64,000 nucleotides of DNA from Mycobacteriales bacterium (GTDB taxonomy: Bacteria; Actinomycetota; Actinomycetes; Mycobacteriales; SCTD01): contig JBBDWV010000017.1 in the NCBI GenBank assembly GCA_040902655.1, positions 62,509 through 126,508 on the forward strand. The letters are read 5' to 3'. A program made the position numbers and the translations under genes. Numbering within the stretch: position 1 is the stretch's first letter; each line of letters starts with the position of its first letter. Below are positions 29,605 to 41,101 of the stretch, one piece after another. The notes below the pieces were generated by a model. The model worked only from the letters and a program-made list of their open reading frames with translations. It did no database searches and was not told where the DNA came from.

Positions 29605-30366
29605 GTGAGCAACGACAGGGAGCCGGCCTCCTCGCCCGCCGCAGGAGGTGAGCCGCGTCCGTACGACCGGGTGCTGCTGAAGCTGTCCGGCGAGGTGTTC
29701 GGCGGCGGGGCGGTCGGCCTCGACCTCGACGTCGTGTCCGACATCGCCCGGCAGATCCGCGACGTCGTGGCGGGTGGCGTCCAGGTCGCCATCGTCGTGG
29801 GCGGCGGCAACTTCTTCCGCGGCGCCGAGATCGCCCAGCGCGGGATGGACCGGGCCCGCGCCGACTACATGGGGATGCTCGGCACGGTCATGAACTGCCT
29901 GGCGCTGCAGGACCTGCTCGAGCAGGCCGGCGTCGACACCCGGGTGCAGACGGCCATCACGATGGGGCAGGTGGCCGAGCCCTACATCCCGCGCCGCGCG
30001 ATGCGGCACCTCGACAAGGGCCGGGTCGTCATCTTCGGTGCCGGCGCCGGCATGCCGTTCTTCTCCACCGACACGGTCGCCGCGCAGCGGGCGCTCGAGA
30101 TCGGCTGCCAGGCGCTGCTGATGGCCAAGTCCATCGACGGCGTCTACGACAGCGACCCCCGCAAGAACCCCCACGCGGTCAAGTTCGACGCGGTCAGCTA
30201 CGCCGAGGTGCTCTCGCGGGGGCTGCAGGTCGCCGACGCGGCCGCCTTCAGCATCTGCATGGAGAACAACCTGCCGATCATCGTGTTCGCGTTGCAGGAG
30301 GACGGCAACATCGGCCGCGCGGTGCGCGGTGAGAAGATCGGCACCCTCGTGAGCAGCACCTCGTGA
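29605..30366 (+). CDS. pyrH: UMP kinase
   Basis: [33 protein letters not shown]. Confidence 0.95.
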   Translation: MSNDREPASSPAAGGEPRPYDRVLLKLSGEVFGGGAVGLDLDVVSDIARQIRDVVAGGVQVAIVVGGGNFFRGAEIAQRGMDRARADYMGMLGTVMNCLALQDLLEQAGVDTRVQTAITMGQVAEPYIPRRAMRHLDKGRVVIFGAGAGMPFFSTDTVAAQRALEIGCQALLMAKSIDGVYDSDPRKNPHAVKFDAVSYAEVLSRGLQVADAAAFSICMENNLPIIVFALQEDGNIGRAVRGEKIGTLVSSTS

Positions 30367-30382
30367 AGACCGGAGCAGCGTA

Positions 30383-30940
30383 GTGATCGACGACACCCTC
30401 CTCGACGCCGAGGAGAAGATGGAGAAGGCGGTCAGCGTCGCGAAGGAGGACTTCGGCGGCATCCGCACCGGTCGCGCGACACCGGCCATGTTCAACAAGA
30501 TCGTCGTGGACTACTACGGCGCGATGACCCCCGTGAACCAGCTGTCCTCGCTGACGGTGCCCGAGCCGCGGATGGCGGTCATCAGCCCGTACGACAAGAA
30601 CTCACTGGGGCTGATCGAGCGCGCGATCCGGGACTCCGACCTGGGGGTCAACCCCTCGAACGACGGCAACATCATCCGGATCGTCTTCCCGCAGCTCACC
30701 GAGGAGCGGCGCCGCGAGTTCATCAAGGTCGCGCGGCACAAGGCGGAGGAGGCCAGGATCTCCATCCGCAACATCCGCCGCAAGGCGATGGAGGAGCTGT
30801 CCCGCTTCGCCAAGGACGGCGAGGTCGGCGAGGACGAGGTCGCCCGCGCCGAGAAGGAGCTCGAGAAGACGACCGCGCAGTACGTCACCACCGTCGACGA
30901 CCTGCTCAGGCACAAGGAAGCCGAGCTGCTCGAGGTCTGA
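30383..30940 (+). CDS. frr: Ribosome recycling factor
   Basis: 185 aa, with [10 protein letters not shown] and [12 protein letters not shown]. Confidence 0.95.
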   Translation: MIDDTLLDAEEKMEKAVSVAKEDFGGIRTGRATPAMFNKIVVDYYGAMTPVNQLSSLTVPEPRMAVISPYDKNSLGLIERAIRDSDLGVNPSNDGNIIRIVFPQLTEERRREFIKVARHKAEEARISIRNIRRKAMEELSRFAKDGEVGEDEVARAEKELEKTTAQYVTTVDDLLRHKEAELLEV

Positions 30941-31818
30941 TGGAGATTCCCGCCGTCGACACCGCTCCCGCGCCACCGGAGGGCGTTCCCGGCAAGCGCG
31001 GGCAGGGACGCGCGGGCCGCAACCTGCCGGCCGCCATCGGCGTCGGGCTGCTGCTGGCCGCGCTGGTCGCCGCGCCGCTGTTCTCGCCCTACCGGTGGCT
31101 GTTCATCGGGGTGCTGGCTGCCGCCGTCGCGATCGGGACGTACGAAGTCGTCTCCTCGTTGCGCCGGCTGGGCGCCTTGCCGCCGATGCCACCGCTGCTC
31201 CTCGGCGGGACCGCCACGGTCGTGTTCGCCTACCGCGAGGGGCCGGAGGCGCTGTTCCTCGGCCTGGTCCTGACCGTCCTGGCGTGCCTCGCCTGGCGGA
31301 TGGCCGATCCTGCGGAGGGCTTCCTGCGCGACGTGGCCGCGGCGACGTTCACGGCGGCCTACGTCCCGTTCCTGGCCGGTTTCGGTGCGCTGCTGGCGAT
31401 CCCGGCGGACGGCGCACTGCGGGTGACCGCGTTCATCGCGGTGGTCGTCTGCAGCGACGTCGGCGGTTTCGTGGCGGGGGTGCTGTTCGGGCGGCACCCG
31501 ATGGCGCCGTCGATCTCGCCGAAGAAGTCCTGGGAGGGCTTTGCCGGCTCGCTGCTGGCCTGCACGGCCGCCGGGGCGTACTTCTTCGACCGGCTGTTCG
31601 ACGTCTCGCCGCTGCTCGGCGTCGTCTACGGCCTGGCCGTCGTGTCGATCGCGACGCTGGGTGATCTCGGCGAGTCGATGGTCAAGCGCGACATCGGCAT
31701 CAAGGACATGGGCACGCTGCTGCCCGGCCACGGCGGCATCATGGACCGGCTGGACTCGCTGCTGCCGGCCGCGCCGGTCGCCTGGCTGCTGCTGGCCGCC
31801 TTCGTTCCCTACCCGTAG
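30940..31818 (+). CDS. cdsA: Phosphatidate cytidylyltransferase
   Basis: Multi-TM protein. Signature SMVKRDIGIKDMGTLLPGHGGIMDRLDS. Confidence 0.93.
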   Translation: MEIPAVDTAPAPPEGVPGKRGQGRAGRNLPAAIGVGLLLAALVAAPLFSPYRWLFIGVLAAAVAIGTYEVVSSLRRLGALPPMPPLLLGGTATVVFAYREGPEALFLGLVLTVLACLAWRMADPAEGFLRDVAAATFTAAYVPFLAGFGALLAIPADGALRVTAFIAVVVCSDVGGFVAGVLFGRHPMAPSISPKKSWEGFAGSLLACTAAGAYFFDRLFDVSPLLGVVYGLAVVSIATLGDLGESMVKRDIGIKDMGTLLPGHGGIMDRLDSLLPAAPVAWLLLAAFVPYP

Positions 31819-31872
31819 CCGCGGGCCACGGGCCGCGGGAAGGGTTCACGGCGCCCGGACGCTGACGTTCCT

Positions 31873-32952
31873 GTGACCGCTCTCCCCCTCGTCTTCGACG
31901 CGCCCAGGCGCGCCCTGCCGCCGCGCCACCTGGCCGACCTCGAGCCGGCCGGGCGGCGCGAGGCGGTCGTCGGGCTGGGCGAGCAGGCCTTTCGCGCAGA
32001 GCAACTGTCGCGGCACTACTTCGCCGGGCACCTGCCCGAGCAGATGACCGATCTCGGCGGCGCGGTCCGGGACCGGCTCGTCGCCGACCTGCTCCCACCG
32101 TTGCTCACCCCGGTGCGCGAGGTCGCGACCGACGGCGGCGACACCCAGAAGACGTTGTGGCGCGGTCATGACGGCACCCTGGTCGAGTCGGTGCTCATGC
32201 GCTACGCCGACCGCACCACCGTCTGCATCAGCAGCCAGGCCGGCTGCGGGATGGCCTGCCCGTTCTGCGCGACCGGCCAGGCCGGGCTGACCCGCAACCT
32301 GTCGACCGCGGAGATCGTCGAGCAGGTCGTCGCCGCACAGCGCACCGAGTCGGCCCGCGGCGGCCGGGTCAGCAACGTCGTCTTCATGGGCATGGGCGAG
32401 CCGCTGGCCAACTACGGCCGGGTCCTCGGCGCCGTGCGGCGCATCACCGAGGCCGCGCCGCACGGGGTGGGCATCGGCCAGCGCAGCGTTGTCGTCTCGA
32501 CGGTCGGGCTGGTGCCGGCGATCCGCCGGCTGACGACGGAGGGTCTGCAGGTCACGCTCGCGCTGTCGCTGCACGCGCCGGACGACGAGCTGCGCGACAC
32601 GCTGGTGCCGGTCAACACCCGCTGGCCGGTGCGCGAGGTGCTCGGCGCGGCGCTGGACCACACCCGCGCGACCGGGCGGCGGCTGTCGATCGAGTACGCC
32701 CTGATCCGCGACGTGAACGACCAGCCCTGGCGGGCGGACCTGCTGGCCCGGCTGCTGCGCCACAAGCTGGTGCACGTCAACCTCATCCCGCTCAACCCCA
32801 CGCCGGGCAGCGAGTGGGACGCCAGCCCGAAGCAGGTCGAGCGGGAGTTCGTCCGGCGGCTGCGCGCGGCGGGCGTGAACGCGACCGTCCGGGACACCCG
32901 CGGCCGGGAGATCGCCGGCGCCTGCGGCCAGCTGTCCGCCGCGCAGGCATAG
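31873..32952 (+). CDS. rlmN: 23S rRNA/tRNA (adenine-C2)-methyltransferase RlmN (radical SAM)
   Basis: [38 protein letters not shown]. Confidence 0.93.
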   Translation: MTALPLVFDAPRRALPPRHLADLEPAGRREAVVGLGEQAFRAEQLSRHYFAGHLPEQMTDLGGAVRDRLVADLLPPLLTPVREVATDGGDTQKTLWRGHDGTLVESVLMRYADRTTVCISSQAGCGMACPFCATGQAGLTRNLSTAEIVEQVVAAQRTESARGGRVSNVVFMGMGEPLANYGRVLGAVRRITEAAPHGVGIGQRSVVVSTVGLVPAIRRLTTEGLQVTLALSLHAPDDELRDTLVPVNTRWPVREVLGAALDHTRATGRRLSIEYALIRDVNDQPWRADLLARLLRHKLVHVNLIPLNPTPGSEWDASPKQVEREFVRRLRAAGVNATVRDTRGREIAGACGQLSAAQA

Positions 32953-32968
32953 CCGGTACGCGGCGGGC

Positions 32969-33889
32969 TCAGGCGCCGAAGAACCGGTCGGCCAGGGCCG
33001 CGAGCGTGCCGGGCGGGACGTCGCCGGCCAGCTCGCTGCGGTTGGTGCCTGCGCCACGCGCCCACTGGGCGTAGACCTCGGCGAAGTCGCCCGCCGGTGT
33101 GGCGAAGTCGGTGCAGCTGCTGCAGCCGTACCACGGCGTGCTCAGCGGGATGCCGCGCGCGACCTGCCAGGCCTGCCGGGTGCCCTCGCTCATCCGGGTG
33201 GTGTCGTACGCGTGGCCGAGCTCGTGCGCGATCACGTGCCGCAGCAGCTCGTCGCTCTCGACGCCGCAGGGCCGGACGAAGATCTCGATGCGGCGCTGCT
33301 CGAGGTGGGTCAGCCCCAGATAGCCCGTGCGGGCGCCGGTGAACTCGATCCGGAAGCCGGTGCGGTCGGCCCCGGCCCGCAGCGAGGCGAGCGCGGCGCT
33401 GCCACGACGCTGCTCCCAGCCGGTGCCGGAACACAGGCCGGCGGTGGCCACGGCAGGCGCGGGGGCGGCTGCCGCAGGCGCATCGGCCCCTGGCGTTCCG
33501 GCCCGGTCGGGCCGCGCGACCCGGTCGGCCTGCCCGTCATCGGCGCCGTCATCGACGCCGCGGCCCGGACCGGCAGCCGGTCGCTCGGCGGGGGAGGCGG
33601 GGGAGGCAGCAGCAGAGGCGGTGGGGCCATCTGGGGCGGTGGGGCCATCTGGGGCGGTGGGGCCGGCTGGGGCGGAGGCCGCCGGCGGCGCAGCCAGCAG
33701 GACGTCCAGGGCCGCCTCCACGGGTGCGGGCAGCTGGTCATCGGCGGAGGTGGCCCTGACCTGCCCGGCGCCGAGCAGGGCCAGCACGGCGGCCAGCCCT
33801 GCGCCGGCGATCCAGCCGCGTCGGGCGGGGGCGCCGCGCTCGTGGGCCATGCAGGGCCTTCGACCGGAGTCCTCAGGCGCTGAAGTCAT
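32969..33889 (-). CDS. Secreted HExxH zinc-metalloprotease-like protein
   Basis: RRGWIAGAGLAAVLALLGAG signal, PDGPTA repeats, HVIAHELGHAYD. Start is 33889 or ATG 33850. Confidence 0.65.
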   Translation of the reverse strand: MTSAPEDSGRRPCMAHERGAPARRGWIAGAGLAAVLALLGAGQVRATSADDQLPAPVEAALDVLLAAPPAASAPAGPTAPDGPTAPDGPTASAAASPASPAERPAAGPGRGVDDGADDGQADRVARPDRAGTPGADAPAAAAPAPAVATAGLCSGTGWEQRRGSAALASLRAGADRTGFRIEFTGARTGYLGLTHLEQRRIEIFVRPCGVESDELLRHVIAHELGHAYDTTRMSEGTRQAWQVARGIPLSTPWYGCSSCTDFATPAGDFAEVYAQWARGAGTNRSELAGDVPPGTLAALADRFFGA

Positions 33890-33934
33890 CCTGGCCGTTC
33901 CTGCCCGGCTCGTGCCTGTTCATGCCGCAGGACG

Positions 33935-34549
33935 TCACCCTCGGCCCGTCGTGGTCCGTGGATCGCGCCCGGTCCCGGTGACGTCCAGTCGGATCTCCGG
34001 CCGCACCGCGGCGGTGCGGCGCAGCAGCCCCGACGGCCCGTACGCCATGCGGATCCGCAGGGTTCCGGCCGTCACCGCTCCGGTACGGGTGGGGGTGACC
34101 AGCACCCGCAGCGTGCAGTCGCCCTCGCCCGGCGGCACCGGGTAGCCCGCGACGTCGTCGCCCTGACCGTCGGCCGGGTCGCCCCCGCCGCCCCCGTCGC
34201 CCGGATCTGCACCGTCGGCCGGGTCATCGACCGGAAAGCCGATCACCGGGGGGCCGGACGGCGGCCGGACCAGCCTGGTGACGCTGCCCTCGGCCTGCTC
34301 GACCTCGACCGACAGCACCTCGGCGGCGACCTGCGGTGACAGCACGCACACCAGGCCGTCGAAGGCGTAGGTCGTCCCGACGTAGCCCCGCTCCAGGCCG
34401 ACGGCCGAGGAGGCCTCCGCCGACGGCCGGGCATTGAGCGCGAGGATCACGAGCACCCCCAGCCCGCCGACGGTGAGGATCGCGACGAGCGCAGGGGTAC
34501 GCCGCACCCGTCCCCGTACGCCTCCCAGCACCCGGCCACTGTCCCGCAT
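33935..34549 (-). CDS. Hypothetical membrane-anchored protein
   Basis: One N-terminal TM ([19 protein letters not shown]), a Gly/Asp-rich insert, no recognised domain. Confidence 0.5.
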   Translation of the reverse strand: MRDSGRVLGGVRGRVRRTPALVAILTVGGLGVLVILALNARPSAEASSAVGLERGYVGTTYAFDGLVCVLSPQVAAEVLSVEVEQAEGSVTRLVRPPSGPPVIGFPVDDPADGADPGDGGGGGDPADGQGDDVAGYPVPPGEGDCTLRVLVTPTRTGAVTAGTLRIRMAYGPSGLLRRTAAVRPEIRLDVTGTGRDPRTTTGRG

Positions 34550-34602
34550 GCCCGGCCGCGGGCGGCCGGGCGGCCGGGCGGTCGACCTGGGAGACTGCAG
34601 GG

Positions 34603-35805
34603 GTGAGCCCTCGTGACGTCGTGCTGCTCGGTGCGACCGGCTCGGTCGGCACCCAGGCCCTCGAGGTCGTGCGGGCCAACCCCAGCCGGTTCCGCGTCGT
34701 CGGGCTGGCGGCCGGGGGTGACCGGGTCGACCTGCTCGCCGCGCAGGCGCTGGAGCTGGGCGTCGAGGTGGTCGGAGTCGCTCGGGCCACCGCCGCGCAG
34801 GACCTGCAGCTGGCCTTCTACGCCGCCGCCAGGTCGCGCGGCTTCAGTGCCGGCGAGTTCGCCGTACCCAAGATCCTGGCCGGACCGGACGCGGCCGCCG
34901 AGGTGGCCGCGTGGCCGTGCGACGTGGTCCTCAACGGCATGACCGGCTCGGTCGGGCTGGCGCCGACGCTGGCGGCGGTCCGGGCCGGCCGCACCCTCGC
35001 GCTGGCCAACAAGGAGTCGCTAGTCGCCGGGGGGCCGCTGCTGGCTCCGTACATGGACCAGATCGTGCCGGTCGACTCCGAGCACAGCGCACTGGCGCAG
35101 TGCCTGCGCGGTGGCCGGGCGCAGGAGGTGCGGCGGCTGGTGCTGACGGCCAGCGGCGGGCCGTTCCGGGGCCGCAGCCGCGCGCAGCTGGCCGAGGTGA
35201 CGCCCGAGCAGGCCAGGGCCCACCCGACCTGGGACATGGGGCCGGTCATCACGATCAACTCCGCCACGCTGGTCAACAAGGGGCTCGAGGTGATCGAGGC
35301 GCACCTGCTGTTCGGCACGCCGTACTCCGCGATCGACGTGGTCGTCCACCCGCAGTCGCTGGTGCACTCGATGGTGGAGTTCGTCGACGGCTCGACGCTG
35401 GCGCAGGCCAGCCCGCCCGACATGCGGCTGCCGATCGGGCTGGCCCTGGGCTGGCCCGAGCGCCTGCCGAGGTCCTCGTACGGCCTGGACTGGACCGCCG
35501 CCACGACCTGGGAGTTCGAGCCGCTGGACACCGGCGCCTTCCCGGCCGTCGCCCTGTGCAAGGCGGCGGGGGAGCGGGGCGGGACCGCACCGGCGGTGCT
35601 CAATGCGGCCAACGAGGTCTGCGTCGCTGCCTTCGTCGCCGGCCGGCTGCCGTTCCTGGGGATCGTGGACACGGTGGCCGCCGTCGTGTCGGAGAGCCCG
35701 GCCGGGGAACGCCCGAGCCTGGCCGAGGTGTTGGAGTCAGAGCGGTGGGCGCGCGAGCGGGCCCACCAGCTGGTCGCGGACACGACGAGAAGGCAGGGCG
35801 GATGA
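34603..35805 (+). CDS. dxr: 1-deoxy-D-xylulose 5-phosphate reductoisomerase
   Basis: [30 protein letters not shown]. Confidence 0.95.
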   Translation: MSPRDVVLLGATGSVGTQALEVVRANPSRFRVVGLAAGGDRVDLLAAQALELGVEVVGVARATAAQDLQLAFYAAARSRGFSAGEFAVPKILAGPDAAAEVAAWPCDVVLNGMTGSVGLAPTLAAVRAGRTLALANKESLVAGGPLLAPYMDQIVPVDSEHSALAQCLRGGRAQEVRRLVLTASGGPFRGRSRAQLAEVTPEQARAHPTWDMGPVITINSATLVNKGLEVIEAHLLFGTPYSAIDVVVHPQSLVHSMVEFVDGSTLAQASPPDMRLPIGLALGWPERLPRSSYGLDWTAATTWEFEPLDTGAFPAVALCKAAGERGGTAPAVLNAANEVCVAAFVAGRLPFLGIVDTVAAVVSESPAGERPSLAEVLESERWARERAHQLVADTTRRQGG

Positions 35806-37202
35806 CCAACCTGGTGGCGAGCAGGCCCACGACGGGCGGCGGGGCCGCCCCCCCGCAGCCGGTCTCCAGGCGGGTGCTCGGCGCGGTCGGCCTGGTCCTG
35901 CTGGCCGGCTTCGCCGTCGCGGTGGCCCGTGGCAACGGCGTCTACGTGCTCGGCTTCGTCGGCTTCGTGATCGCGCTGCTGGTGTCGGTGTCGCTGCACG
36001 AGGGCGGCCACTTCTGGACGGCCCGCCGCTACGGCATGAAGGCCACCCAGTACTTCGTCGGCTTCGGGCCGACCCTCTGGTCGCGGCAGCGTGGCGAGAC
36101 CGAGTGGGGCGTCAAGGCCATCCCGGCCGGTGGCTTCGTCAAGATCGTCGGGATGACCTCGCTCGAGGAGATCGACCCGGCCGACGAGGAGCGCGCCTTC
36201 TACCGGCAGCCGGCCCGCCAGCGGGCGGTCGTGCTCGCCGCCGGCTCCACCGTGCACTTCCTTCTCGCGATCGTGCTCGTCGTGCTCAGCTCGCTGTTCA
36301 TCGGCAAGGCGGTCGAGCTCCCGCCCGGCGTGGCGAGCGTGTCGCAGTGCGTGCCGGCGACCTACTACTCGACCTGCGAGGACCCCGGCGCGCTGCCGGC
36401 CCCCGCGCAGGCGGCGGGCCTGCAGGAGCGCGACGTCGTCGTGGCCGTCGGAGGGGAGCCGGTCGAGGACTCGCTGTCCTTCCTGCGGGCGATCCGTGCC
36501 TCGCCCGGCCGGCCGCTCGAGCTCACCGTCGAGCGGGACGGCGAGCGGCGCGAGCTGACGATGACGCCGGCATCCGTAGAGCGTCCGGTGCTGGGCGCCG
36601 AACCGATCCTCGGTGCGGACGGCGAGCCGGCCCGCGACGAGAACGACCAGCCCGTCTTCCCGATGGAGACGGTCGGCGCGATCGGCATGGGCATCGAGTT
36701 CCGCCAGGCCACCGAGCGGCTCGGCCCGGTCGAGGCGCTCGGCCACAGCGTCGACACGATGGACCAGATCGTCACCGGCATCTGGGTCACCTTCAGCGAG
36801 AAGCTCGACACCATCGCGCAGGTCTACGGTCCGGACCGCGACCCGCAGGGCCTCGTCGGCCTCGTCGGGGCCGGCCGGATCAGCGGCGAGGTGCTGGCCA
36901 GCGACGAGACCTTCGCCTTCAAGGCGCTCGGCTTCTTCCTGCTGATCGCCGGGCTGAACCTCTTCGTCGGCGTGTTCAACCTACTGCCGCTGCTGCCGCT
37001 GGACGGTGGCCACCTGGCGGTGCTGTTCTTCGAGCAGGCCCGCGACAGGATCCGGCGGATGAGGGGCTACACCGGGCCGCTGCGCCGGGTCGACCTGACC
37101 AAGCTGCTGCCGGTGACGTACGCCGTGGTGATCTTCTTCGCCGGCTTCACCCTCTGGCTGCTCGGCGCCGACATCGTCAACCCGATCCGCCTCAACCCCT
37201 GA
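35802..37202 (+). CDS. Site-2 (M50) zinc metalloprotease, Rip1/RseP-like
   Basis: ATGA overlap with dxr. [11 protein letters not shown] (HExxH), a PDZ-like middle region, [12 protein letters not shown]. Confidence 0.9.
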   Translation: MTNLVASRPTTGGGAAPPQPVSRRVLGAVGLVLLAGFAVAVARGNGVYVLGFVGFVIALLVSVSLHEGGHFWTARRYGMKATQYFVGFGPTLWSRQRGETEWGVKAIPAGGFVKIVGMTSLEEIDPADEERAFYRQPARQRAVVLAAGSTVHFLLAIVLVVLSSLFIGKAVELPPGVASVSQCVPATYYSTCEDPGALPAPAQAAGLQERDVVVAVGGEPVEDSLSFLRAIRASPGRPLELTVERDGERRELTMTPASVERPVLGAEPILGADGEPARDENDQPVFPMETVGAIGMGIEFRQATERLGPVEALGHSVDTMDQIVTGIWVTFSEKLDTIAQVYGPDRDPQGLVGLVGAGRISGEVLASDETFAFKALGFFLLIAGLNLFVGVFNLLPLLPLDGGHLAVLFFEQARDRIRRMRGYTGPLRRVDLTKLLPVTYAVVIFFAGFTLWLLGADIVNPIRLNP

Positions 37203-37209
37203 GGACACC

Positions 37210-38406
<1,197 letters not shown>

Positions 38407-38439
38407 CCCCGCCCCCCCCACCCACCCACCCCCACCCCC
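38407..38439 (-). other. C-run tract on the plus strand; minus strand reads GGGGGTGGGGGTGGGTGGGTGGGGGGGGCGGGG (G-quadruplex-capable)
   Basis: Read directly, immediately after the ispG stop. Six G-runs of 3 or more. Merges into CCCCTTGCGTCCTGC, the seed of the smc hairpin family. Confidence 0.7.
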
Positions 38440-38521
38440 TTGCGTCCTGCGCTGAGGCCACCCGCACGCGCAGGTTGATAGGACGTACGCGGGGGTCGGT
38501 CTACGCTCGGAGCGTGCGAGG

Positions 38522-39373
38522 GTGGCCGTGCTGAGGACCTCCTCGGCCTGCCGTGTCCTGGACGGCAGGGACCTCGACGAGGTCCTCGCGCTGCTCGCCC
38601 GCGACCCGGTCGCCGACGTCTTCGTCGCCTCCCGGATCCAGCAGGCCGGGCTGTCGGAATCCCGGCTCGGCGCGCAGCTGTGGGGCTTCGGCGAGCGGGG
38701 CCGGCTCGAGGCGCTCTGCTACTCCGGGGCCAACCTTGTGCCGGTGCAGGCCGGCCCGGACGCCGTGCGTGCCTTCGCCGACCGGGCCCGCCGCCAGGGC
38801 CGCCGCTGCTCCTCGCTGGTCGGCGCCGCCGCGTCGGTGCTGCCGCTGTGGCGGCTGCTCGAGCCGTCCTGGGGGCCTGCCCGCGAGATCCGGGCGACGC
38901 AGCCGCTGTTGGCCCTGGACGGCCCGCCGGCGGTACGTCCGGACCCGGCGGTGCGCCAGGTCCGCCCGGATGAGCTCGACGTGCTGCTCCCGGCCTGCGT
39001 GGCGATGTTCACCGAGGAGATCGGTGTGTCGCCGACCCTCGGCGACGGCGGGTCGCTCTACCGGGCGCGGGTGCAGGAGCTCATCGCCCAGGGGCGGGCC
39101 TTCGCGCGCATCGAGGGCGGCGCGGTGCTGTTCAAGGCCGAGGTCGGCGCCGCCACCGCCGCCGTCTGCCAGGTACAGGGCGTGTGGGTGCCCCCGGCGC
39201 TGCGCGGTCGCGGACTGTCCGAGGGCGGCACCGCCGCGGTGGCGGAGCTGGCCCGCAGCCGGATCGCCCCGGTCGTGAGCCTCTACGTCAACGACTTCAA
39301 CCTGCCCGCCCGACGGTCGTACGCGCGGGTGGGCTTCCAGGAGGTGGGCACTTTCGCGAGCGTGCTGTTCTGA
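38522..39373 (+). CDS. GNAT-family N-acetyltransferase (Rv2867c-like)
   Basis: C-terminal GNAT core VQGVWVPPALRGRGLSEGGTAAV...ARRSYARVGF. Conserved position after ispG. Confidence 0.8.
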   Translation: MAVLRTSSACRVLDGRDLDEVLALLARDPVADVFVASRIQQAGLSESRLGAQLWGFGERGRLEALCYSGANLVPVQAGPDAVRAFADRARRQGRRCSSLVGAAASVLPLWRLLEPSWGPAREIRATQPLLALDGPPAVRPDPAVRQVRPDELDVLLPACVAMFTEEIGVSPTLGDGGSLYRARVQELIAQGRAFARIEGGAVLFKAEVGAATAAVCQVQGVWVPPALRGRGLSEGGTAAVAELARSRIAPVVSLYVNDFNLPARRSYARVGFQEVGTFASVLF

Positions 39374-39391
39374 GGAGCCGCGTCCCAGAGC

Positions 39392-41017
39392 GTGGGACGG
39401 GGAATGTCATCGTGGACCCGCGCAGGTCATGCTGCAGTCACGCCGTACGAGGACACGCCGTACGAGAAGAGGGAGATCGTGACGCTTTCGCTCAAGCCCG
39501 GTACCAGCTGGGACGAGGTGTACGCCCTGGCGCGCACCGCTGCGCCGGAGGCCTTCGACGCCGACCGGATCCTCAACCTGTCCGGCGGGGAGTGGAAGCG
39601 CACCGGCGAGCCCGGCACGCACGTCACCCCCGTCGACGGCAGCACGATCCAGGGTCCGCCGCGGATCTCGCACGACGAGGCGGTGCACGCCGTGCAGCAG
39701 GCTGCGGGTGAGCACAAGGCCTGGGCCGAGGTCGATCTCGACGAGCGCAAGAGCCGGGTGGCCGCCGCCGTCGCCGAGATGCGCCGGCACCGCGAGACCC
39801 TGGCGTTGCTGCTGGTCTGGGAGATCGGCAAGCCGTGGAAGCTCGCCTGTGACGACGTCGACCGCGCCCTGGACGGCGTCGACTGGTACCTCGGCCAGAT
39901 CGAGCGCCAGCTCGCCGGCCGCTCGCCGCTGCCGGGCCCGGTCAGCAACATCGCCTCGTGGAACTACCCGATGTCGGTGCAGGTGCACGCCGAGCTGGTG
40001 CAGTGCCTGGCCGGCAACGGCGTGGTCGCCAAGACGCCCTCGCAGGGCGGCTTCCACACCCTCACGCTCGCGCACGCCTTCATGAAGCGCGCCGGCCTGC
40101 CGGTCACCCTGCTGTCCGGCGTCGGCGCGGCCCTCGGTGACGCGCTGATCAGTTCGCCGGAGATCGGCGCGCTGGCCTTCGTCGGTGGCCGGGCCAACGG
40201 CCGCAAGGCCGCCACGACCCTGGCCGACACCGGCAAGCGGCACCTGCTCGAGCAGGAGGGCCTGAACGTCTGGGGTGTCTGGGACTTCTCCGACTGGGAC
40301 AGCCTGGCGACGCACCTGAAGAAGGGCTTCGACTACGCCAAGCAGCGCTGCACCGCCTACCCGCGGTACGCCGTGCAGCGCGAGCTGCTCCCGCAGTTCC
40401 TCGAGATGTACCTGCCGGTGGTCAGGAGCCTGTCCTTCGGCCACCCGCTGGCCGTCGAGGGGCCGAACGACGACTTCCCGGTCCTCAACTTCGGCCCGGT
40501 CATCCACGCCACCAAGGCCGCCGAGCTGCGCGAGCACTTCGACACCGCCGTCGCCGGCAAGGGCATCCCGCTCTACCGCGGCACCCTCGAGCAGGGTCGC
40601 TTCCTCGACGGTCAGGACACCAGCGCGTACGTCGCGCCTGCCTGCGTGCTGGAGCCGCCGCCGTCCTGGGCGTTGCGGCACGCCGAGCCGTTCGGACCGC
40701 TCGACTCGATCGTGCTGGTCGACAGCCACGCCGAGCTGCTCGCCGCGATGAACGCCTCCAACGGCTGCCTGGTGGGCTCGGTCGCGACCGACGACGCCGA
40801 CTTCGGTGCGCGCATCGCCGAGGAGCTGCAGGCCTTCAAGGTCGGCATCAACAAGCCGCGCTCGCGGGGTGACCGCGAGGAGGTGTTCGGCGGCAAGGGC
40901 GCGTCCTGGAAGGGCGCGTTCGTCGGCGGTGACCTGCTCGTGCAGGCGGTGACGGAGGGGGAGGGGCAGGTCTACGGCAACTTCCCGGCCTACTCGCTCT
41001 ACCCCGAGAAGGTCTGA
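39392..41017 (+). CDS. Aldehyde dehydrogenase-family protein (divergent)
   Basis: ALDH-like fold: SWNYPM, VAKTPSQG, FVGGRANG. The catalytic regions look atypical (LEQEGLN, QRCTAYPR). Start is GTG 39392 or ATG 39404. Confidence 0.75.
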   Translation: MGRGMSSWTRAGHAAVTPYEDTPYEKREIVTLSLKPGTSWDEVYALARTAAPEAFDADRILNLSGGEWKRTGEPGTHVTPVDGSTIQGPPRISHDEAVHAVQQAAGEHKAWAEVDLDERKSRVAAAVAEMRRHRETLALLLVWEIGKPWKLACDDVDRALDGVDWYLGQIERQLAGRSPLPGPVSNIASWNYPMSVQVHAELVQCLAGNGVVAKTPSQGGFHTLTLAHAFMKRAGLPVTLLSGVGAALGDALISSPEIGALAFVGGRANGRKAATTLADTGKRHLLEQEGLNVWGVWDFSDWDSLATHLKKGFDYAKQRCTAYPRYAVQRELLPQFLEMYLPVVRSLSFGHPLAVEGPNDDFPVLNFGPVIHATKAAELREHFDTAVAGKGIPLYRGTLEQGRFLDGQDTSAYVAPACVLEPPPSWALRHAEPFGPLDSIVLVDSHAELLAAMNASNGCLVGSVATDDADFGARIAEELQAFKVGINKPRSRGDREEVFGGKGASWKGAFVGGDLLVQAVTEGEGQVYGNFPAYSLYPEKV

Positions 41018-41101
41018 CGCCGCGACCGCCGCGGCTTCCCCGCATCGGCCGCCGCCGGCTGCCGGCTGCCGACGGCCACCCGCCGCCAGCCCGCCGGCGG
41101 G

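Noticed and set aside
41088-41101. 14-nt perfect palindrome GCCCGCCGGCGGGC next to the qcrB stop, as a terminator.
   Set aside because: It is too short and has essentially no loop. Such GC palindromes are expected by chance at this composition.
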